A program made the position numbers and the translations under genes. Shown piece after piece: positions 37,201-50,072 of a DNA stretch of 64,000 nt (within the stretch, counting starts at the first letter, position 1; every line of letters begins with the position of its first letter). This DNA is from Camelus ferus (Eukaryota), in assembly GCF_009834535.1 (NCBI RefSeq), contig NC_045697.1, positions 106,766,001-106,830,000 of the forward strand. The letters are read 5' to 3'. The notes beneath the pieces are model-generated. The model did not search any database. It had not been told where the DNA came from and saw only the letters and a list, made by a program, of their open reading frames with translations.

Positions 37201-40200
37201 GCCCCAAGTTATGCTATAGCTAGGCTTTATCCAGTCTGAATTAGTCTGATTTTGCCTGAGCAATGTGCATATTAATACTGGGTAACCTGATTTTAAAAAA
37301 ATAGTACTAAAGCTATCAACTTTACATAGAGCACCAACATTAGATTTGCAGAGAATAACATAGGCTTATGACACCAGCAGGTAACATTACTAGTTTATTC
37401 TCATGACTTTTGGAAAAAAAAAAAAACTAAATACTTGAATGAGACCTATAAAATGCAGAAAAAGCAATAGCCTAATTAAAAAAAAATTAATTTTTCCTTC
37501 AAAGTGAGAAAAAGTCTAAATTCAAAAATTTAAGTTGAGGAGTTGTGTGAATTTATAGACCATGCTGCAATTATGTATATAAAAGCCTGACTCTTTCTTA
37601 CAGGTCAATTATATTGCATCCAAGAGATACAAGACAGAAATAAGCATAACCTGCACGTCCTCCTCTGAAAAGCTGTGACTTGAGCGGCTGCATCGAGGAG
37701 CCATCAGTGAGCCACAGGCTTATAAGATCGGAACCAGCTTGCATGAATGTTGAAAACACAGTTCACAGGCGGTAAAAAAAAAATCTTTGTTTTTGTTTGT
37801 CATTTTCTTTTGAAAAGCTTCGACTGGCTTGTTCATTTTTCCATTCTAATGTGTGGAAATTCTCATTATATGAAAAAGTGCCTATTTGTCTTTCTCCTAG
37901 ATTCATCCTTCAAAGCTAAAGCAAAATTAAATTGGGACATTAGACATTATAAAAGAGCCAAAAAGGACGAGGTTCACTTTGGGAAAGGTAATTTAATTTA
38001 GTCAAGATGTATTACAATTTTCTAAAATTTTTATTAGATGTGCTGTTACGTTATTCTGTTATTTTTTTCCCTTTCATTACCAGCATTACTAGGAGTTAAT
38101 GTCCACCATACTGCAGACAATGAGAGGTACAGATGAAGTGCTTTATGAAAAATACAACATTATAATATATACTCTAATGCCAACAAGATGGTGTCTGTGT
38201 GGTGATTTATTTGCTCTAAGCATTCTGTGCATCTGATAACACCTTAAGTCAGTTACTATTGTTGCTTTCATTTTATAGGCAAGACAGAAGGACCACAGCA
38301 AAGCTTAGAACTTTGGTTCACATATTATCTTGTTTACTGAATTCATATTTTAAAAGAGCAAAAGACTCCAGTGTTTGGTCAGTCCTATTTGACTCTTTTT
38401 TTTTTTTTAACAGGATATGCGTATAAAAAACCATCCCTGGGGTGATTTATAAAGTATTTAACTATATAAAAATGTATTTCTCCCTTTTAGAAAACTGAAT
38501 ATTTCTAATTTTAAAATATACTTAAATTTTTGAACTGTAACAACACTTACAAACAAGTGTAGCTAGTAAGCCTTTAGCTACTTCTCAAAATACCCATTGG
38601 GAATGACATACAGAACACGGTTAGGCCAAGGATTTAGAAACAAACAAACACAGTTTTTTGCATTTGGATCACTCTATGTGCATGAAACATCTCCCACTGT
38701 TTTAAAGCAAAAGAAAGTTCTTCCAGAATATTTTCACATAAATAACAAAATGATGTATTTATTATCTAGGTCAAATCTAGGTTTGTCTGAGCTAATTTAG
38801 TAAATCTCAATAACTGAATTTACGGAAACAGGAAAAAAGAAATCGAAAGTAGTCACTGATCCTAAGAAGGAGCAGAATGGCATGGTCCACAATGAAAAGA
38901 AAACGAAGTACTTCTCAAAAGAACGTGAAAAACAGACCCCCCTCCACCGAAGTGTACATATTTCAAATCATTGTAATTGCATATAAAACGGAGATGTCTG
39001 TGAATATGTGAAACACACACACGTACACACTACCCACCGCAACAGAGACACACGCACAAAGTCTGATCTGATTACAATGGCTGAGTTACCCACAGCGTCC
39101 CAGCCTTAAGGTTGTTTTTCATACTCTAGTTGTGTAGGGAATTATCCTTGTTTTGATTAAAATAAGAAATACATATTAGAGGTTCACGGAATACAAGTTT
39201 TGTTTCACCACCACACCAAACAAAATACACAGAAAGCAGAAACAGCCTTGATAAAATACTTTGCATACACTTCTTTTAAAACTCTACTGGCTCTCGATTA
39301 AATTTTTTTTTAAAGGTCTTACTTTCATACAAATAATGTACATTTAATAAGCACAGCTTTAAGAAGTCAATCCAAAATACGATGGATTTAAACATACTCA
39401 GACGGTTTTATAATTTGGGGCTGAGTAAGTACCACAGAATTCAAGGTAAAGAAATCAGGAACCACACGACCCTTCCTTAACCAAATACAGGGCAACTCGC
39501 TTTAAATTAAGAAACTGTAAATATTTAAGAGCAGTTAAAATGCTCTACCTTATGAGGTAAAAATCTAAAGCTATTCTTGCAGGAACTCTTCAGTGTTGTC
39601 ATAATCATTTTAATTAAATTCTCATTTTTCAGGTGGTCCCTTTAATTGTTTTTTCCTACTTCTTAATGTGTTTTTCTAAAGCCATTTCTTTTCTGCAGCT
39701 GTGTGCGACTGGTTTTAATGGTAGCTGCTTCCTTTTTTGCCTTCTGTGAATTACAATTTTAAATGGTTACACATTTTTTGTTTTACTGCCTTCAGCACAG
39801 TTTCATAAAGATGTTTAAGGCTGTTGGTGAACATTTTCATTTCCCATCTGAAAAACCAGGAGCCAATTTGAATACTCCATATTGGCCTTTTATGACCTGC
39901 TTTATCTTTTAATATGTAAATGAAAGCATATTTTTTTATAAAGACTAGTTTGTTTCCATGAAATTATTTTTCTTTTGCTCTTTTAAAATATGAATTCAAT
40001 AAACAAGATAATATGTGATTGCTCTTTTACGTTCTTACTGTTCGTGAATGAAACACCTCTCTCTTATGTGGTGACAGCCATTTCCAATGAAGAACTAGCA
40101 TTTTCAGATCATAAGAATAACCTACAACATGAAAAATGAGATTTCATGCTTGAATCTTAATTATCAATGGCTACCAAATGTTAATAACAAGGCTATCTAG

Positions 40201-40338
40201 ACCTTTCCTAAATTATAACTATGAAATTAAAACTACTTGATAATCAGTTTCACTTTCACCATGATGAAATAGGTAACTTCACTGCAAAATGTTATACGTC
40301 ACTTGTAAAAGTTTACTTATAAAATAACTTGTACTTAC

Positions 40339-40506
40339 TGCCTGGGTTATCTCCAATCCCACTGCTTTTTCCATTCCAGTACCAGAGCAGAAGGGTTGCA
40401 TCACGTGACCCTGAGAGAACGTAGCAATTTCCCCCGATATATGACTCAGAACGAGTGAGGCAAGTGACGACATCCCAATGGCCAAATACCACTTGGATCA
40501 ATTTTC
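40339..40506 (-). CDS. LRBA: LRBA coding exon (WD40)
   Basis: 168 nt, phase 1-1: (G)KLIQVVFGHWDVVTCLTRSESYIGGNCYVLSGSRDATLLLWYWNGKSSGIGDNPG(S), with a GTAAGT donor. Confidence 0.97.
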
Positions 40507-42834
40507 CTGAAATACAAAATAATTTTCTTTAAAATTGCTATTAAAAAAAATGGAAAAAACTCCCAGGGACCATTTAACTTATAGGATAAGGAAGTTGTGT
40601 TAACTCACATTTTGATAATTCAGGTTTTATAATAAAATTTGATCCAGTCCAACCTAAAAGTTTTCTTTGAATAGTTAACAACAACAAAAAAATCAACTGA
40701 ACAGTGATAACAACTTTCTTGAAAGACATATGTTAAACTATTTCAACTAATAGTATTATTATACATGGCTACTATAAATTACAAATGAATCATGTCTACT
40801 GATTAAAGCAGGCCCAGGAGAATCCTTATTTGGAACCATTTCAACAATCTCTTAAGTTACTCTACATGATTCAAAACAAAGCAAAACTTAGTTGCCTTTC
40901 TGCAAGCACTCTGTAATTCAGACTTCACTAACACAAACTGGCCTCTGAGTTAGTAAAGACTTAGTGTATTTCTCCTTCTCTTCTTTGAACTGATCGATAC
41001 GAGGGCAGTCTAAGCCACTTTGGAGAGCTTCTGTTTTTCAAATCAGGATTCCGTAAACTCAATTTTGATAAAAAGGCTAATATAGTGTGACTGCAATTTG
41101 AGCCAGGTGATTCTTTCTTTGTTTTAATTGAATGATGAAAATTCCTGGGGAGGGGAGAGGATGATGAAATTAAGATTTTCGCAGTTTAACAGTAAAGAAT
41201 GGGGGTGGGAAGGGGGAGTTTCCCAGTGAACTTCCTATGTATCTGGGATGTTAAACACAGGACGAACTGCTCACATAACAGTGTCAGAAAAAAAATAAAG
41301 CTCCCACTTTTTTGATTCTTTGTTAAATCAGATACGGTGCTTATAATATACACAAACTTGTCCAGAGAATTAAGTATCTATAGTAGCCCTTCCATTCTAC
41401 CCCTAGAGTTTCTAGCTAACATTTTTCTTTGCAATGTCTAGAGATACTACAAATGAATGTCATAGAATGTCTACCCATAATATTCAGCATGAGCTTTTTT
41501 TACAATAAGTGTTTCAGTGAGGTCATAAAGAAATACAATTCAAATGTTCCAGATAAAAGACCACTGAGCTGGAAAAAAAATTAGTATGCCTAAAAAGTTT
41601 ACAGTTTAACTTGGAACACATCATAGCCTATTCTAAATATTAAGGTTTTAATAAAGTACTAGTATCTATGTGTATCTAATTTTTCAAGATAATAATAAAT
41701 ATAACTAAAAGAGTATTTCCATTAATTTTGTTAAATTCTTGGTTTTAATAAACCCAAAGCTTATTATAAAGTCTGCAATTTTAGAAATAAAATAGTGAGA
41801 AACACTTTATCCAAATCAGATGGAAAGTCAGTGTTTTCTCTTGCACACAGCCTATTAATAGTAACTTAGGATAAGATACACATCAATCTCAAAGTGCAAA
41901 ATTAATAAAGTACATTTTACCCCTATAAGTAAAGACTTTAGTCAAAGCAAGTGTTTTAACTGCTAAATGTTAAAAATGTTCACTTCCGAATTTCTTCAAC
42001 CTTTTAAATTAATACCAAAACATTTCATTTTAAAAATTAGCTTTTATCAATAAAGAATACTGGTAAGAAGAATTTAAGACTTTCTAGAAAAAAGAAAAGA
42101 AAAAGCAAATAAATATTTAAAATGTAATAATCTTCACATCACTTCCACCTTATTATATGAAGAACAAAGTAAGAGGTTGAGTGGTAAAATGAGTGGGGTT
42201 GGATCAGAGGCAGGCCTTTCTAAAGGTAAGACAAAAGTTAGGAAGCTGAATGCGCTCTGATTATGAATGAGGAAACTGAAGGTTAAGTCAAGTGAGTCTT
42301 AACCACTGAGAGAACTGAACACACCATCATGTGATTATGTTTTTGATTACAGAGTAGATACAGTGACTTCTGCCTCAGCCTACACTAAATGCTGAGAGCA
42401 TGTAACTGCAGGAGTGATTTAGGTGGGTTATTTAGAGCAGGCTTATTTCAGATTTGATACCCATCAATTCAGTGCATTGTAGGAGTGAGGACGAGCCAAA
42501 TAACTACAACTAACTAGGTCCTGGAGGTCCCATGGTGCAGAGGAAACCTAAATGCTCCAAGGCTGGCAAAACAGCAGCTGCTTGCTTGTTACCTTCCTTA
42601 ACTTGCAACTAGTGAGAACAAAGTGGAAATTTTTAGGTGAAAAGTGGGATAGATTAAATCTAGTGTCAGGATTTCCCAAGATTCGTTTGTTAATTCTCAT
42701 TAGTTAAGTCATCGCACTGTGCCTACAACGTCAGTGTTATGAAGATGCATATTCAATTACTGTGGTTTCCTTTTGAATTAAAATTTCCTAGTGTTTCAAG
42801 TTTTGCCCCTGAAAGTGATCACAATTATTTTTCA

Positions 42835-43100
42835 TTCAACACACATTTACCGAACACCTACTAAGTGCTGAGCATTCAACCGCCTTACGTGTACATAGTG
42901 GTAACAGACATGGCTCCTGCTCTCATAGTATATAGTTACCGTAGCAGGACAGACACACTCTGAATAGACACACACAGATATATAATTATGAACAGTGGTA
43001 AGTATTGCAGAAGAAAGGACAAGACAGGATCAGTGAGAATGAGAGAAAACAAACTCAGACTGGGCATCAGGGAAGATCGAAATGAGGGGGTGACATTTAA
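42835..43100 (-). mobile_element. L2 LINE 3' fragment
   Basis: cattcaacacacatttaccgaacacctactaagtgctg...gacatggctcctgctctcat...gtgacattt, typical of a reverse-oriented L2 3' end. Confidence 0.55.
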
Positions 43101-44212
43101 ATATTTATATCTAAAGAGTTTCATATTTTAATACAAATTAACTTCGCCCTCTACAATTTATACTTTGGGCTCAACTCTGGAAAACATTATTTTTTTTTAA
43201 GTTTACTTTTTCCTCCTCTGGCAGCCTTCCTCTGCAATATTTGTTATTGCTATGAGGCCTGAGGTTCACTCCTCCTAAATAAATCACGGTGTATAAATAC
43301 TTGCTGCTCTTTTTGGTAAATTATTTTCTGATAATCTCATAAGTGTTCCTCCACCTTTATTTTTTGTTTCCTTTAATACCGGTCCACCTCTCCACACACT
43401 AATATCAAATATTACTGCAAGCACTAGAATATCCTTTTTTTGACAGAACAAATTTTCTAGTTAATGTTTTATTTGACAGCTGTGCTACAAATAAAAAAAA
43501 AATTCAAGCTCAGGACTCTGCACCACTTGAATCTAAAATGTGGCCTGAAAATAATTCCCACTGCCGAGGGAAGGTTTTATTGTTGCCTCTGCTGTTCTGG
43601 TTGTGTCCCGAAAACATGATTTATGTTTAAAGAATTTCCTGTTACAACCGTGTTTCTCCCTACTCCCACCTCCCCGCCCCGCCAAATCTAATAAGAGAAG
43701 GATTTTTTTTTTGGCTTATGTGCCAAAATATAATTGAATTCAACACTTGTGATAGCTTTGGCATTATATATTATTGATCATACAATTTTTCCCTGCTTTT
43801 CTGCCAAACTTAGGAGAAAATATTGACTACTCCTATTATTATAACTCAAACATATTTACCTTAACAAATAATTTTAAATAAAACTAGCATCCGAGTTTGT
43901 ATATGAGATATTAAGAAAGATATTAGGACTAGCATTTGAGATTTTTTTTCCACAACTTTTCTGGCAAGTATAAATGTTTTTAGTGTACATGCTAAGTCAG
44001 TCCTGCTGAAATGAAGTTTAAAATGAGGCTGCTGCTTATGAAAATGTTTCACACACACACACACAAGTGCATGTGCACATTTTAAAACACAGTAAAGTAG
44101 AGGGCTTTTGAGAAGAGTGGAAGGAAAGTCATCTAGTTTATTAGGTCTAAAGTAAAATGGCAGATATACTAGAAGCCTAGTTTTTAAACAGCTAACACCT
44201 GTGTGAGATGAC

Positions 44213-44400
44213 ATGGTATAATCACAAAAACATCACATCTGAAGTCAGAGGATCTAGCTCCAATGCTCAGTTCTAGTACCATTATCTATACAAATTTCAG
44301 CAAGTTACTTAACCTTCCTAAACCTCAGTTTCATCATCTGAAAAACGGGGCTAAGGACACCTGTTCTGTCCATCTCACAGGTGAGGCCAACATGATATCG
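44213..44400 (+). mobile_element. MIR SINE
   Basis: caagttacttaaccttcctaaacctcagtttcatcatctgaaaaacggg core. Confidence 0.65.
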
Positions 44401-44651
44401 TGTCAGTGAAAGAAGGAATTCTGTAAATTCTACAGAATGTGTGACTATCAGAATTATCTTAATTATTCGTATTATATAAAAGCGAGGTTAGCTTTACTTT
44501 ACAAATATTCACATTCAATGTCTTTTAAAATGATATGAAATGTCAACAAACTCAAAAAGCCTCAAATGTCAAACCAAAGACTGACATAATATCTGATCTC
44601 TTTTTATGACATTCTGGGAAAGCAAAATTATAGAGATGAAGAATGTAGCAA

Positions 44652-44780
44652 GGGGAGGGCACAGCTCAGTGCTAGAGTGTGTGCTTAGCATGCACGAGGT
44701 CCTGGGTTCAATCCCCAGTACCTCCATTAAAATAAATGATAAATAAACCGAATTACCTACCCCAGAGCAAAACAAAGAAA
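44652..44780 (+). mobile_element. tRNA-derived SINE (camelid-type), nested in an older L1M 3' fragment (about 44570-44845)
   Basis: ggggagggcacagctcagtgctagagtgtgtgcttagcatgcacgaggtcctgggttcaatccccagtacctcc. The flanks (gacattctgggaaagcaaaattatagagatgaagaa / cagtggttg) join into an L1M 3'-UTR motif. Confidence 0.85.
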
Positions 44781-46358
44781 CAACATACCAGTGGTTGTGA
44801 AGAGGCTGAGGTGAGGGAGAAGCTGAGTACAAACGGGCAGCACTTATTAAATTGTTAAAATAATTTTAATGTATAAAAAACAGTAGGTAATCTAAAAGAA
44901 TGTTTAAGAAAACCTTGTGAGAGGATGTAATAATCTAAGTGTGAAAGTTTGTGCAAGAAGGGAGCACAATTTGAGGTCAAATAATGCTAAGGTTGTCTCT
45001 ACCATAATGGTGTAAGAGAAGGTTCAATTTTAAACTGGATTATTAAATCAGAGAAAATTCATTACAATAATAAATGTATTTTAGGAAAACTCAGCAATCC
45101 CTATGGTATGTTTAAAGAATTCTAGAGGAGTTTTACATTCAGGAGTAATCAATCTCATAGACCTAGACATCTAGAAAAAGCCCAAGGAATGAGAAAGACT
45201 TGAAAACTGATGTTTTCTTTCTGGACCTACCTACAGAATAAAAATGCAGATTATAAGAAAATTAGATCAACAATTCCATAAAATAAAAATTAAACAAGAC
45301 CATGCGTAAAAACAACTATTTTTCCCTACTTTCTGATTGCCAGGTTATAACACTATCATCAAAATACGCCTAACGCAAACTCCTTGAGTAACTGAGAACT
45401 AATTTTTCAATATACTATAGTTATTAAGGCAGGAGCATGGACTCATTCACATATTTTATAGAGATTATTAATATGACTGAAGGATGAGTTGCTGTAAAAC
45501 ATATAATTAGAAGTGTCAATTTTTCATAAATTTCCTATTCCCACATTTAATCAAGATATTTGTAGATTTTTGCTTTAGTCTACTTCCATAGTATCTATCC
45601 AGTTCTAATGCATTAATATCTAATTTTAATTATTTTAAATATACAACTACATATTTATTGTAAGTTTATAGCATCCTCTAACAGTTTCTAAAATATTTCA
45701 AAAAGACTCCATTAAATTTTTCGTTTTCAATTTCTTATATGCAAAAATTTTCATAAACATTTACTGAACTGGATATCCTGTAATAATACTGATTCGAGTT
45801 TGGTTTGTTCCTTACGGAGATGTGTGCAAGTGAATATGTAGACTTAAATTTTTTAACGAGCTCCCATCACCCATAAAATCAGTAGTCAGCTACTTTCCTT
45901 CATGATGGTATAGCTTTCAGCAAGATTCTGCGCAGAATTGGGTGGAAGCAAGATATGCACTCCCAAGAAATACACTTAATGAGAATTTCCAGTAAGAAAA
46001 AAATCTTTTAATAATACTAACGTGAGGAAATACACCTACACTCCGTACGTGCACTTGCTGTAAGATTATGCATATGGTATTTACATACCAGGATACATTT
46101 TCAAAATGAATCATTCATTCTGTTAAGTATGACGCTTGGGAGACAAACCTACACAAAACTGCCTTAAAAACATTCTCAAGTTAATTTATGAATGGACTGT
46201 CGAGTAGATTATTACTTGAAGGGGGGAAAACTGTCTTTATTTTACAAAATTTTAGAATTCTGTAACTTTTGGCAGGAAGAAGAGGAGTAAGCAGTCTAAG
46301 TCTGTCCACGCTACCTGTCATAAACTTTAGTTCACTGATGAAGAAATGACAGGGTTAC

Positions 46359-46514
46359 CTGTGTCTGTAGAATAGACGCGGAAACTCTTATCCCAGAAGC
46401 CGCAGATGAGAATGTAGCGGTTGTCCGAAGTGATGACAAAGCACTGGGAATGGACTTGAATACTTTGGTCTAAAAGGTCGGTGATTTGCCTCCTATGCAT
46501 TCCTGTGTTGCTGG
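46359..46514 (-). CDS. LRBA: LRBA coding exon (WD40 region)
   Basis: 156 nt, phase 1-1: (A)SNTGMHRRQITDLLDQSIQVHSQCFVITSDNRYILICGFWDKSFRVYSTDT(G). Confidence 0.97.
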
Positions 46515-48395
46515 CTGTGAGAACAGAGGAAGGGACAAAAAAGCCTACTAAACCCACACATGCAAAGAAATCCTACAGTTTTTCACACTAGGGGTTGGGG
46601 ATGAGGGAGGAGAGACAACATAATCCAGAATAATATTTGCTCTTTAATTTTAAATATAAAACCCAAGGAGGAAAACACATCCTGTTGTTGGAAGAATGTG
46701 AGTAGCCAAACTCAGCAGCTCAGTGGGAAATCTTGCCTCAAGGAAAGAAACAATAATATCCTATGATTTTAAAATCCGTGGTACACAATTCTCAGAACAT
46801 GCCATCTAGCTCTTGGGCAGGACCAAACTAGATTAGAATCTCCAGATTGCATCACAGTTAGGTTTGTGTTTCTGACAATCTCATTATATCTGTTGTCATG
46901 AGAATGGATTCATGTTGTGACAATCTATTACCTTTAACTTTTTGTCACAAGGAAGAGATAGTAGAATTTAAATGTCATACATTTGAAAAATTGTAGCATC
47001 TTGGACTACATTGACTTTAACAGGTCTTTAACTAGATGTGAACTCCTGTTTCCCCCGTTTACAGCTGCACTTGCATGTAAGCAAAAGGGTAGAATGACAA
47101 TTTATTAAAGATATTTGTAATTGAAAAAGTCAAAGCACAGCACACTGCCACTTTCTTCCTACTTCTGTAAGCAATAAAACAAGACAGTCTGGCAGTGTGT
47201 TTTCAAAGTGCTACAGAGCACCTGAGATGGGGTTTGTCACAAGGCACGAGGTCAGACACAGAGCAACATTGTGCACATATGAAGAGTAATAATCCTCTAG
47301 AAATACACTATCAAGTATGTCTTTATCAGCAAAGGAATTTTCACTGAGATGCTTGTTTTTGGCATTCTGAAGCCAACCAAAGAGAAAGCTTTATGTCTAG
47401 TGATCTGAGAGTTATTTCACCACCAACTTTCCAATACAAATAATGGTTCTTACATGGCTAAAGAAACTTGATGCCAACAGAAATCAGAACAAACAAAATT
47501 AATTTCTGCATCTGATTATTATGCTTTTTGTACCATAGTCTTCACTTTTTAGGGAAAAAATAATATAGATGCATTGTTGATAAACATTTAAAATAGAAAA
47601 AGATCTCTCTTATATTCATTGTTATGTAATAATTAAGTTAATGTGGCCAATTCAGTAGAAGGCTCAGAAAGTAATACAGAAGAAAAAAGTGTTTGAAATA
47701 CTGTCCAGTGCTGTGCTGGAGTACAGAGAATAAAATATCCCCTGGCCTCACGGCATATACAGCACAGCAAACATATACTATATATTATATACATGTGAAA
47801 TACTGCAAAATTCTGCTACTGTCTGATTATACAACTTAACCATATAAGATTATTAGACCAGAGGCTTCATGTACTTTGAGGAGATTCATGGGCTAGAAAG
47901 TGAAATCAGTAGTAAAAAGGGTAGGAATCTGATTGGGGACCCCTTTCCCCCTCCTTCCTCACAACGGGAAGTTGTTGGCAGATGAAAAAAGCTTTTATGG
48001 GTATCACAGTGTATCACAGAGAGACAGCAGCCATCTCACTGCAGGGAAGCTGTGTTACACAATTTAGCTTTTTTAATTCCAAGAAACCTAGCAATTAAAA
48101 CCGAGTTATGTAGTATTTCCTAGACTGGTGACTACAGTGCTTCATTCCACATGAAAATTATAAAAATGTTTATTTTGTCAATGTTTATATGACTTTCGCT
48201 TCTGTGGTATAAACTTTCACTGGTCTTTCTTGGCATGATCTCTTGGGAGGACCTAATTTGACAGATCTGGGCATGGGCATCATTTTGAACGGAATGACCA
48301 CAAAGTACCCGTGGGTAAAGGCTGATGCCCCTTCAGTGTTCAGATGAACTATTTTCCAAACAAGTGCTTAGTTATAATTTAATATTGCAACCCCC

Positions 48396-48453
48396 CCATC
48401 CATCCATCCATCCATCCATCCATCCATCCATCCATCCATCCATCCATCCATCC
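48396..48453 (+). repeat. (CCAT)n tetranucleotide microsatellite
   Basis: About 14 perfect CCAT units. Confidence 0.95.
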
Positions 48454-48584
48454 CACCTAATCTATATAACCTATGTATCTCACAACGGCCTTTCCTTATC
48501 TCACTGTTTTCTCTAGTAAACCTCCTGAGATTCAGTACTGAAAGTATTTTCATTTGATGAAAATTAGGTATATTTGTCTAGATA

Positions 48585-49842
48585 AGCAGTCTCCAAACTG
48601 GGGCATGCACACCCGTAGAGGGGTGGATATAAGATTTCCCATGGGATACACAGGCACAGATGGTTTGAAGGGAATCAATTTCTAGTTCCTCAACTTTCAT
48701 ATGTTCTCTTGCCTGAAACAGATTTGCCTGAGAACTCTCCTGTGAGTTTTTCTTTCTCACCTCCCCCTCTGCACGCTTTTGCTCCACTAGACAGAATCTA
48801 ACTATGGGGCTTTACCTCAGGGTATAAAAATCTCTTGAGAGCCAAATAAAGGGACAATTCAAGGTACTGATGTGATGCTAGAAAGGGAATGCCTAGGTAT
48901 CAAAACGTTTTTCAGGGCAGGTGGTTTCCAATTCATTGCTTTCAATAAAATGGAAGGAGGATCTAATCATGTTGTCAATTGATAGATCATTAAAAATAAG
49001 TTCAGTGATAGATTGTTAAAATGATCTTTTAATGACAGCCTATAAAAATAATTCTTAATAATAGATCACTCTGAATTTTGTCACATAACTCAGAAAGAGT
49101 TCAAAGATCTAAATGACATTGTTAAAACAAAACTCTTTCCCCATCTGTTTTCTTATGTAAGTAACATTTCTCAGAGCTTCCATTTATAAAAAAACAAAAA
49201 ATTAGGATAGAACTGTTGACAAATTCTGTCTCATTCAGGAACAAATAATATATATCCATATATATGTGAGCTAATTCGGGGGGGTGCCCCATCCACTTCA
49301 TTAAAGCTATAGTTCCTATTTCTAATAAATTTGGTTTTTAATACTGCTTATTAAAATTTATAAGTTTAATAAGTGTTTTAATAATATTTGTAATAACTCA
49401 ATGCAGATCAATTTTTTAAGAGCTGAGCCTTAGGGTCACAAGAAACTTCAACATTTAAATAAACATACATATTTTTATTGTTGAAAACAGTATAATAGGG
49501 TAATCAATTTTCTAAAGTTAAAATTGAGTAAGGAGGGGAGAATGAAAATCTAAATTCAAGATGAGAAAGGAACAAATAAAATTTCAAATGTTAAAAAGCT
49601 TTTTAAGGCATTTTTTAAAAACAGAAAATGCAAAGTAACAATTCACTTCAAATTTAGATCCTACTGGATGTGTATTTAAAATTTTGTACACGATGCCAGA
49701 AATTATAACCTCTGCAACTATTTACACTTGTGATGATGTCACATTTAAACTTCCAAATGTCAACTTGACAAATGTGAGAAGGTACATGGTCTGAAACAAT
49801 TATTTTAGGGGATGCAGGAGCAAACAGTCTGATGACCAATGA
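48585..49842 (+). mobile_element. hAT-Charlie DNA transposon remnant
   Basis: Charlie-like termini (cagtctccaaactggggcatgcac ... gggatgcaggagcaaacagtctgatgaccaatg) and an internal decayed stretch at about 49120-49215 resembling the hAT C-terminal dimerisation motif. Confidence 0.55.
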
Positions 49843-49844
49843 TC

Positions 49845-50072
49845 TAGAGCATGGAAGAAAACCATGGCCCGCAGGACAGATCTGGCTTGTGCCTGGCTTT
49901 GTACATAAAGTTTTATTGGGGTGCAGCGACGCTCACTTGTTTACATAATGCCTGTGGCTGCTTTTGTGCTACAACAGCAGAGTTAAGTAGTTGTGTCTGA
50001 GATCTTATGGCCCGCAAAGCCTAAAACATTGACTATCTGGCCTTTTACCAAAAAAGTTCACCCATACCTGGT
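49845..50072. mobile_element. MER58A-like MITE
   Basis: catggcccgcaggacagatctggc...taaagttttattgg...tgtggctgctttt...gcagagttaagtagttgtg...tatggcccgcaaagcctaaaa...tatctggcctttta. Confidence 0.75.
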
